A DNA stretch of 16,822 nt, from the NCBI GenBank assembly GCA_039802265.1, contig JBDRWI010000048.1:1-16822 (forward strand), given 5' to 3'. Positions 8,526-15,206 of the stretch are shown piece by piece (within the stretch, counting starts at the first letter, position 1; the number at the start of each line of letters is the position of its first letter). A program made the translations under genes and the position numbers. The DNA comes from a candidate division WOR-3 bacterium (GTDB lineage Bacteria > Hydrothermota > Tepidihabitantia > SM23-42 > JAOAFX01). Under the pieces are notes generated by a model. The model was not told the DNA's origin. It searched no databases and saw only the letters and a list, made by a program, of their open reading frames with translations.

Positions 8526-8810
8526 TCAACCAATTTTAAATTTGATATCCTTTAAATTAAAACCTAAATCATTTATTTTCTTTAGAATCCGGTCCTTCAT
8601 TAAGAATAATTGCGCCTTCCAGACCGGGTTGTCAACACTTACATAGAGATTATCGGTATCCATGCTGGTTGCCCGCGTGTGCCTTGCGATGCGTTCACCA
8701 ACAATCTGGGGCCATTTCTCAATGATTATATAGTCCTTGATTTTTTCCTCCAGTGCCATATTTTTTACAATCCGTTGAAGAATCTTATCTATCCTTTCAG
8801 GAGACTTCAA
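8526..8810 (-). CDS. dciA: DUF721 / DciA-family replicative helicase-loader-like protein
   Basis: W..IVG..IA.HT......L.V.VD...W..QL......IL.KIN pattern, in the usual position between recF and gyrB. Start moved from 8870 to TTG at 8810 (MKSPERID...), which overlaps the recF stop. Confidence 0.8.
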   Translation of the reverse strand: MKSPERIDKILQRIVKNMALEEKIKDYIIIEKWPQIVGERIARHTRATSMDTDNLYVSVDNPVWKAQLFLMKDRILKKINDLGFNLKDIKFKIG

Positions 8811-9846
8811 CCTGCCCGCCTTGAATAAAAAATCTTTTTTTAACCATCTTTTTTGTGCAGTTGTCCTCATTTACAGTGGCGTAAAAAATTTGCCCGGAAA
8901 GCATATCAAAAAGGGCTTCTTTCCTCTTTTGATCAAGCTCACTCGCCGCTTCATCAAGAAGGAGGATGGGTTTGCCTCCAAGTTTTTCCTGGAGTATTTC
9001 AGACTCAGCAATCTTTAATGCAATTGCTGATAGACGAACTTCACCATCAGAACCAAAATCCTTTATAGGACGGCGATTACGGATTATTAAAATATCATCA
9101 CGATGGGGACCAATACCGGTTATTTTATATTTAATATCCTCGGGCTCTCTTTCTTTCAATAACTCAAGGTCAAGTTGCATCTTAAATGTTGAATCCCGAT
9201 ATTCCATATCTAATCCATTCAACCCAAGAGTCTGTCCGACCCCGACAAACTTTTCTTTAAGGACCGGTATAATTTTTCCCCTTTCTTTGTAAATCTCATT
9301 TCCATAATGAATCATTTGTTCATTTATTACATTCAGAAGTTCAATATCAATATCTGTCTGATCCATTTGCAGGAGGCAGTTTCGTTGTCTCAAAATTCTC
9401 CGGTATTCACTCAAATTTACCAGATAGTTAGGGTTCAACTTAGAAATGAGCCAGTCCAGAAAGGCCCTCCTCCTTGATGGTGTTCCCCGGAGAATCCAGA
9501 CATCATCAAGGGAAAAGATGCATACTGCAAGCCAGCCAATAAATTCGCTGAGCCGGTTTTTCTCCACACCCCCCAAGGTCAACCGCTTCTCACCGTTATA
9601 GAAGATATTTGCTTCAGTTTTATCAGATTTTGCCTGAATCCGCAAAGATGGCTCATTGAACTTCAACAGATTACGCTCATCATTTGTGCGAAAGGAACGG
9701 GTATAGGCGGAGAAGAAGATCGCCTCCAATAGATTGGTCTTACCTGCCCCGTTGGGACCGATTATTAGATTTAATTGGTCAGAAAACTCAAGACGATTAT
9801 CCACCAGATTGCGAAAACCGTTGTATTCAATCTTTTGTAGTATCAT
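8797..9846 (-). CDS. recF: DNA replication/repair protein RecF
   Basis: FRNL, Walker A GPNGAGKTNLLEAI, SFR, G.PS.RR.FLD, Y...L.QRN.LL, GPHRDD, GS.GE, PILLLDE..SELD. ATG 9846 preferred over 9852 because of promoter geometry. Confidence 0.93.
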   Translation of the reverse strand: MILQKIEYNGFRNLVDNRLEFSDQLNLIIGPNGAGKTNLLEAIFFSAYTRSFRTNDERNLLKFNEPSLRIQAKSDKTEANIFYNGEKRLTLGGVEKNRLSEFIGWLAVCIFSLDDVWILRGTPSRRRAFLDWLISKLNPNYLVNLSEYRRILRQRNCLLQMDQTDIDIELLNVINEQMIHYGNEIYKERGKIIPVLKEKFVGVGQTLGLNGLDMEYRDSTFKMQLDLELLKEREPEDIKYKITGIGPHRDDILIIRNRRPIKDFGSDGEVRLSAIALKIAESEILQEKLGGKPILLLDEAASELDQKRKEALFDMLSGQIFYATVNEDNCTKKMVKKRFFIQGGQVEVS

Positions 9847-9853
9847 TAACATT

Positions 9854-9881
9854 ATTATATATATTTTTTCAAAAAAGTCAA
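9854..9881 (-). promoter_or_regulatory. sigma70-type promoter of recF operon
   Basis: TTGACT (9881-9876)-N16-TATAAT (9859-9854); ATG 9846 follows after 7 nt, at the expected +1. Confidence 0.7.
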
Positions 9882-9907
9882 GAGTGGGTTATTAATAAAG
9901 GATTGTT

Positions 9908-10939
9908 TCAGTAGAGGGTAATCCGCTCCTTGAGGTATTCGGGTGAGAGTTTACCTTCGCTAACGAGTTTTCTCTTTGATTGTTCCATATCCTGCATACC
10001 AAATTGCTTGCCGGTCTGGATTACTGACTCAATCTGATAGACCTTCTGCTCCCTTATTAGATTGCGCACCGCCTGGGTTGCAATGAGGATTTCAAATGCC
10101 GCCACCCTGCCCGGCGCATCTTTTCTTGGATATAATCGCTGGGCTATTACTCCCTGCAGGGACTCAGAGAGTTGTACCCTTATCCGGTCCTGCTGATCAG
10201 TCGGAAAGACATCAATGATTCTGGTAACGGTCTTTGCGGCACTTGAGGTATGAAGTGTCGCAAAGACCAGATGACCGGTTTCAGCAGCGGTGAGAGCGAG
10301 ACTGATTGTTTCTAAATCGCGCATTTCGCCGACTAAAATATAATCCGGGTCCTCTCTTAATGCACTCCTTAATGCCTGACTGAATGAGTGGGTATTGGAA
10401 CCGACCTCACGCTGGTTTACGATACAATTCTTCGAGGTGTGAATAAATTCTATCGGATCTTCTATGGTAATAATATGCCCATCTTTATTGGTGTTGATAT
10501 AATCAATCATTGAAGCAAGGGTTGTTGATTTACCGCTGCCGGTCGGTCCGGTTACAAGAATTAAGCCATAGTCAAGGTCAATAAGTTCCTGGATAACGCC
10601 GGGCAGACCAATATCTTTCATATTAGGAATTTTTTCTGGAATTACTCTGAAGACCGCACCCAACCCCTGGCGCTGATGAAAGATATTCACCCTGAATCTG
10701 CCAATTTCAGGAATATGGAGGGAGAAATCAATTTCCTTCTCTTTTTCCAGACTTGTCTTCTGTTCTTCATCAATTATATCAAAGATCAACTCACGTATCA
10801 CCTCAGCACTCACCTCGCTTTCATTTAATTTCTTCATTGAACCATAAACTCGCATCATTATCGGGGAACCGGCACTCAGGTGTAGGTCACTGGCATTTGA
10901 ATTTATCGTATATTTCAATAATTTTTTAATCTCGCTCAT
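9908..10939 (-). CDS. pilT: Type IV pilus retraction ATPase PilT
   Basis: ASDLHL, RFRVN.F, Walker A GPTGSGKST, TIEDPIE, LREDPD.ILVGEMRD, AETGHLVFATLH and the PilT-specific AVRNLIRE motif. Confidence 0.95.
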   Translation of the reverse strand: MSEIKKLLKYTINSNASDLHLSAGSPIMMRVYGSMKKLNESEVSAEVIRELIFDIIDEEQKTSLEKEKEIDFSLHIPEIGRFRVNIFHQRQGLGAVFRVIPEKIPNMKDIGLPGVIQELIDLDYGLILVTGPTGSGKSTTLASMIDYINTNKDGHIITIEDPIEFIHTSKNCIVNQREVGSNTHSFSQALRSALREDPDYILVGEMRDLETISLALTAAETGHLVFATLHTSSAAKTVTRIIDVFPTDQQDRIRVQLSESLQGVIAQRLYPRKDAPGRVAAFEILIATQAVRNLIREQKVYQIESVIQTGKQFGMQDMEQSKRKLVSEGKLSPEYLKERITLY

Positions 10940-11522
10940 AATCTTTTTCTAAATTGGTGATTTTGATTACTATATTCCCCTGCATTTGATATTTTTTGAT
11001 ATTTCCATTTTCGTCAATAAATTCAATAGTTGCTTTATTGTTAGCAATGGTAATTGTGATACTTCCTTTAAATTCCTCGCCAGTTAAGAAGGGTTCAGTC
11101 TGTTCAACGAGAAAGAATTGGTCAAGGAGATGGAGGATCTTTTCGGGTTCAGCAGCCGAGACGACAACCTCCTTTTTGGCAATCTCTTTTATCTTTTCAA
11201 CGGCCTCTTTATTTGCTGGATTTCCAATTGCCACATAGAGATTTCCTTCAATTTCATATAATGGAATAATACAGTAATCATATAATAACTTTTCAGGGAA
11301 TGAACGGATGAGTTTGCTATCAAGAATTTCCGGTTTCAATTGAATGAAAGGTATTGATGCCTGTTCACTCAAAAGCCAGATCAGGTCGCGGGAGGTGATA
11401 TAGCCCAATTCAATCAAAATCTCACCCAATTTTTTTTGGCTTTGTTTCTGGATTTGTAGTGCTTCGTTCAACTGGTCGATTGTAATAATCCCGCTCTTTA
11501 TGAGCAATTCACCGATAAGCAT
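10926..11522 (-). CDS. Stand-alone MshEN / GspE-PilB N-terminal domain protein (no ATPase)
   Basis: Tandem LIGELLIKSGIITIDQLNEALQIQ / KLGEILIELGYITSRDLIWLLSEQ (MshEN repeat), then P......Y.IIP......LYVAIGNP (T2SSE N-terminal); no Walker motifs; short unassigned beta-rich C-terminus. Confidence 0.85.
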   Translation of the reverse strand: MLIGELLIKSGIITIDQLNEALQIQKQSQKKLGEILIELGYITSRDLIWLLSEQASIPFIQLKPEILDSKLIRSFPEKLLYDYCIIPLYEIEGNLYVAIGNPANKEAVEKIKEIAKKEVVVSAAEPEKILHLLDQFFLVEQTEPFLTGEEFKGSITITIANNKATIEFIDENGNIKKYQMQGNIVIKITNLEKDYERD

Positions 11523-11881
11523 TATAATCCGATCAGTTCAAAAACCTTTGCCTTTAGGGTTTTGATATCTATCGGCTTGGTAATGAAGGCAGCAACATCC
11601 GAGGTTTTAACCACAATATCATCTTCCATTAGATGATATGCAGAACAGATGATTATCGGAATCTCTTTATTCCGCTCCCTTATTCTTTCAATCGCCTCCA
11701 GACCGTGTATTCCAGGCATCTTTATATCAATAATCAAAAGGTCAAACCTTTCTTTGGTTACAAGCCTCAGTGCCTCTCTGCCGTCATCTACATCAACGAT
11801 ATCATAATCACCTTCCAATACCTCTTTTAATAATGCCCTGATTGGTGCCTCATCATCACAGACTAAAATTCTTTTCTTCAT
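11522..11881 (-). CDS. Single-domain response regulator (CheY-like receiver)
   Basis: ILVCDDE, phospho-acceptor D52 (IDIKMPG), IICSA, FITKP; AAGGAG RBS. Confidence 0.93.
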   Translation of the reverse strand: MKKRILVCDDEAPIRALLKEVLEGDYDIVDVDDGREALRLVTKERFDLLIIDIKMPGIHGLEAIERIRERNKEIPIIICSAYHLMEDDIVVKTSDVAAFITKPIDIKTLKAKVFELIGL

Positions 11882-11892
11882 TTTAACTCCTT

Positions 11893-13464
11893 TTAAATTC
11901 CATACCTTGGTAAATAGACGAGACAGGTCGTCCCTTTTCCCACTTCACTTTTTATTTCAATCTTACCATTGTGGTCATCAACAATCTTCTTTACAATCGC
12001 CAGTCCCAGCCCGGTTCCTCTGGACTTTGTGGTAAAGAAGGGTGTAAATAACTTCTTCAGGTCCTTTTCTGGAATTCCCTTGCCGTTGTCAATGACTTCG
12101 GTGAGCACAAAGTTATCCCTTGTAGAGAAATTGACTTTGATGGTTCCGTTCTGTTCCATTGCCTCAATGCTGTTGTTGATAAGATTTACAAAGAGTCGGC
12201 GAATGGATTCTTCCTCTCCCTTTATCAGGGGAGTATCTTCACAGTTTATTAGGACCGGGACCTTCAGTTCTTGGACAATTTTTTCAATCAATTCCTTTAA
12301 ATCAATCTTTTCAAATTCAATTTTACGGGCACGGGCAAAGGTTAAGATATCATCAATAATACGATTGATACGCTGTGTCCCTCTAAGTATTTCCGATATA
12401 TAAAACTTCCTTTTGTCATCGTCATTTGCTTGCGGAAGGAGCTGGGCAAAGCCATAAATTGATGTCAGTGGATTACGAATCTCATGGGCAACCCAACTTG
12501 CCATCTTACCCAAGTAAGAAAGCCTCTCGGCATGTCTTAGTTGCTCTTCAAGTTTTCTTATCTCAGAAAGATCCTTAAAGAGAACGACACAACCCGTAGC
12601 ACTTTCATCCGTCCCAATTATTGGTGTAATATTACATCCAATTGGAATTCTGTCGCCGCTTTTACTCAAAACCTCAACCTCGTCACGAATGATTGATTTA
12701 CCAGTATTTATCGCACCTTGAATTCTTTCCCACAGTGGTTCAATACCATCAATACTTTTTATGTGATAACCTAAAAGTTCTTCTCGGCTGAAACCGAATA
12801 CTCGTTCTGCCTCCGGATTTACAGTGGTAATGATCCCACTTGCTGTCACCGCAATTATCCCTGAGGCAACGCTGTTTATGAGTTTCTCATTATAGATGCG
12901 CAGTTCGATCTCTTTTGCGGCAATTCTTTCCACCTCTTTTTTCAATTCTATGTTAAATTTTTCAAGTTCTTCTTTCTTTTTCAACTCCCGGCGCACCGAC
13001 TCTGCCCAGTAACTGCTTACCAGAGAGATTATAAAGAGAAATGGAATCCGAATCAGGAATTTTGAATCAAGGAGTGAAGTCTCGGGCTCTGCCTGATGGA
13101 TGAGCCATCCATAAATAAGGCTGGCAACAATGGCAATTGGAATACTACCCCCGGTGCTCTGTCCTACTGAGGCGATAAATATTGCGAGAAAGTAAATAAG
13201 ATAAAAATCTGTCTGAATACCGCCGGTAAAATAGATTCCCGCAGATATAATGATTATATCAAAGAAAAATAATGCAAAAGAAAACCAGGGTCTTTGGAGG
13301 AATCTCTGTGGCAGGCGACTAAGAACGAAGTTTGAAATCAAATAGATAAGAGCAACAAAATAACCGGGTTCGCCAAAGCGTAATCCTTTACTTGAATAGG
13401 TCATTACCAGAATGGTAGAAAGTATCAGAACGAATCGAAGGAATGAGAATGTTTTCTTATCCAT
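11893..13464 (-). CDS. PilS-like membrane sensor histidine kinase (5-6 TM, PAS, HisKA, HATPase)
   Basis: Hydrophobic N-terminus, PAS (SGIIAV...G.I..VNPEAE..FG), H-box AHEIRNPL, N-box NLINNS, DNGKGI, FTPFFTTK, GTGLGL. Start set to ATG 13464 because the longer ORF overlaps the promoter. Confidence 0.9.
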   Translation of the reverse strand: MDKKTFSFLRFVLILSTILVMTYSSKGLRFGEPGYFVALIYLISNFVLSRLPQRFLQRPWFSFALFFFDIIIISAGIYFTGGIQTDFYLIYFLAIFIASVGQSTGGSIPIAIVASLIYGWLIHQAEPETSLLDSKFLIRIPFLFIISLVSSYWAESVRRELKKKEELEKFNIELKKEVERIAAKEIELRIYNEKLINSVASGIIAVTASGIITTVNPEAERVFGFSREELLGYHIKSIDGIEPLWERIQGAINTGKSIIRDEVEVLSKSGDRIPIGCNITPIIGTDESATGCVVLFKDLSEIRKLEEQLRHAERLSYLGKMASWVAHEIRNPLTSIYGFAQLLPQANDDDKRKFYISEILRGTQRINRIIDDILTFARARKIEFEKIDLKELIEKIVQELKVPVLINCEDTPLIKGEEESIRRLFVNLINNSIEAMEQNGTIKVNFSTRDNFVLTEVIDNGKGIPEKDLKKLFTPFFTTKSRGTGLGLAIVKKIVDDHNGKIEIKSEVGKGTTCLVYLPRYGI

Positions 13465-13480
13465 AACATTTATATGCTCA

Positions 13481-13509
13481 ATTATACCCATTATTTCTCC
13501 CCAAGTCAA
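13481..13509 (-). promoter_or_regulatory. sigma70-type promoter of the kinase-receiver-MshEN-pilT operon
   Basis: TTGACT (13509-13504)-N17-TATAAT (13486-13481). Confidence 0.7.
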
Positions 13510-13519
13510 CAAACTGGTG

Positions 13520-13661
13520 ATTCTTGGGGGACTGGGTGAAAGGCCCAGTCCCTATTCAGGAGGGGAGTATCTATGAAGGGACCTCCTGTTTTTATATATT
13601 CCTTAGCCTCTGGCATCTAAAATCAATAACCATTTTTATATCATTATTTTTTCTTCTCAAA
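13520..13661 (-). ncRNA. Candidate sigma54-dependent small RNA (or structured leader)
   Basis: Predicted +1 at about 13661; AU-rich 5' part, hairpin CAGGAGG/CCUCCUG (13588-13557) with 18-nt loop UCCCUUCAUAGAUACUCC, then 9-bp GC hairpin GGGACUGGG/CCCAGUCCC (13552-13528). The 3' end is uncertain (no U-tract). Confidence 0.45.
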
Positions 13662-13670
13662 TCATTACTT

Positions 13671-13687
13671 ATGCAAAAACTGTGCCT
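13671..13687 (-). promoter_or_regulatory. sigma54 (-24/-12) promoter
   Basis: AGGCACAGTTTTTGCAT vs consensus TGGCAC-N5-TTGCW; GG (13686-13685)-N10-GC (13674-13673) spacing is exact; adjacent to a sigma54 activator gene. Confidence 0.75.
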
Positions 13688-13745
13688 GAAAAATCGCTGA
13701 AATTACATTAAATTATTATTTGAATTTGCCTTTAGTTTCAACAGG

Positions 13746-13762
13746 TGTTCATTATATGAGCA
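13746..13762. promoter_or_regulatory. Imperfect palindrome, candidate enhancer (UAS) for the sigma54 activator
   Basis: TGTTCAT-TAT-ATGAGCA, about 85-100 bp upstream of the predicted sigma54 +1, separated from the promoter by an AT-rich tract. Confidence 0.45.
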
Positions 13763-13780
13763 ATTCTGAAATGAACCATG

Positions 13781-13808
13781 TTGACATTCCCTTTTTTTTA
13801 TGTATTAT
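13781..13808 (+). promoter_or_regulatory. sigma70-type promoter of the activator gene
   Basis: TTGACA (13781-13786)-N16-TATTAT (13803-13808); GTG at 13814 follows after 5 nt. Confidence 0.65.
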
Positions 13809-13813
13809 CTATT

Positions 13814-15202
13814 GTGGATACAATACTTGTGATTGATGATGATGAGTCAATAAGAAATTTTCTTAATGAACTATTCTCCCGGGAGGGTTACACAGTCTAT
13901 TCCGCAGCAAACGGCAATGAAGGCTGGGATATATTCATTAAAAGAGACCCATTTATGATTTTACTGGACCAGGTTTTACCGGATATAAGAGGTATTGAAT
14001 TATTGATAAAAATAAAAAGTTACAGTCCTGAGACGAATGTGATAATAATTACGGGCTATGGTGAAATAAAGGATGCAGTCAGGGCTATGGAAGCTGGTGC
14101 ACTTACCTATCTCTTAAAACCCCTGGATACAACTGAATTAAGGATTCTTATCAAACGGGCAAAGGAAAATTGGAGAATAAAGAAAGAAAGGGACTTCCAC
14201 AGGAAAAAAATACAGACTCTTATAAGAGGCAAATGGACCCCTATCTTATTCAAATCAAAACTGATGGCTGAGATATTTGAAAAATGTCAGCTGGTGGCAA
14301 AGACTGATACAACAGTCCTCCTTGAGGGTGAAACCGGAACCGGCAAAGGACTCTTTGCTGCATATCTCCATCAGATAAGCAACCGCTCAGATGGTCCATT
14401 CATTGATATTGACTGCACAACAATTCCCGAGAATCTTCTGGAATCGGAGCTCTTTGGGTACGAACCGGGTGCCTTTACTGATGCAAAAAGGAGAAAAGAG
14501 GGGCTTATTGAACTGGCTAATAATGGAACAATCTTTCTCGATGAAATTGCCAGTCTGCCATTTCTGCTTCAGGGTAAACTCTTGAAGGTGATTGAAGAAA
14601 GGTCTTTCAGGAAACTGGGTGGAAAGGGTGAAATAAATGTTGATGTCCGTATAATCGTTGCAAGCAATAAAGACCTTCTGGAATTGACCGAGAAGGGATT
14701 GTTCAGGAAGGACCTTTATTATCGGGTGAGTACCTTTCCAATAAGGTTGCCGCCCTTACGCGAGAGAAAGGAAGACATCATTCCCCTTGCGGAGCACTTT
14801 TTCCAGGAACTCAAGAGAGAATTTCATAAAGACCTTGCTGGTATTGAATCGGATGCATTAAATGCCCTACTGGATTATGATTGGCCCGGTAATGTTCGTG
14901 AATTGCGGAATACAATTGAAAAGGCAGTAATACTTGCTCAGGGAAAAACGATTACAAAAAATGATATACAACTCACAATTGGGCATGCCCGGTCAATGCC
15001 TGAAGAAACTTTAAGTTCTTATAGTGAGGCACTGGCAGAGTTTGAGAAAAGAATAATAAGTGATGCACTCAGGCAGACTAAGGGAAATCAGACAAGGGCA
15101 GCAGAGATTTTGAAGGTATCAAGGAATTTTTTAATCAGACAGATGAAGAAGTATGGCATCAATCCATATGAATACAAGATGCATCAAGGTAATGAAGTTT
15201 GA
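13814..15202 (+). CDS. NtrC/PilR-family sigma54-dependent response regulator (REC-AAA+-Fis HTH)
   Basis: ILVIDDD, ILLD, KP; GETGTGK, ESELFG, GAFTDA, FLDEI, FRKDLYYR, LPPLRER.EDI, WPGNVREL, GNQTRAAEILKVSR. Start set to GTG 13814 (MDTILVIDDD) because the extra 12 codons cover the promoter. Confidence 0.93.
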   Translation: MDTILVIDDDESIRNFLNELFSREGYTVYSAANGNEGWDIFIKRDPFMILLDQVLPDIRGIELLIKIKSYSPETNVIIITGYGEIKDAVRAMEAGALTYLLKPLDTTELRILIKRAKENWRIKKERDFHRKKIQTLIRGKWTPILFKSKLMAEIFEKCQLVAKTDTTVLLEGETGTGKGLFAAYLHQISNRSDGPFIDIDCTTIPENLLESELFGYEPGAFTDAKRRKEGLIELANNGTIFLDEIASLPFLLQGKLLKVIEERSFRKLGGKGEINVDVRIIVASNKDLLELTEKGLFRKDLYYRVSTFPIRLPPLRERKEDIIPLAEHFFQELKREFHKDLAGIESDALNALLDYDWPGNVRELRNTIEKAVILAQGKTITKNDIQLTIGHARSMPEETLSSYSEALAEFEKRIISDALRQTKGNQTRAAEILKVSRNFLIRQMKKYGINPYEYKMHQGNEV

Positions 15203-15206
15203 AAAA

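Noticed and set aside
8930..9065. RecF signature GSDGE and Walker B LLLDE differ from the common SxGQ / LLLDD
   Set aside because: Within the variation expected for RecF/ABC ATPases; not evidence of inactivation.
9797..9805. DnaA-box-like TTATCCACC
   Set aside because: Single, one mismatch, inside recF coding sequence; no cluster or unwinding element, so no oriC call.
13528..13552. Classical intrinsic terminator
   Set aside because: Strong stem but no U-tract on either strand; kept only as part of the candidate RNA structure.
13507..13630. Short - strand ORFs inside the candidate sRNA (13 aa MVIDFRC..., 36 aa MPEAKEY...)
   Set aside because: No SD, not at the predicted +1, no pilin-like or other motif; the longer one runs through both hairpins.
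13778..13813. N-terminal extensions in the ORF track (activator from 13778, kinase from 13512, DUF721 from 8870)
   Set aside because: They run across predicted promoter boxes or deep into recF; downstream starts match the domain boundaries.
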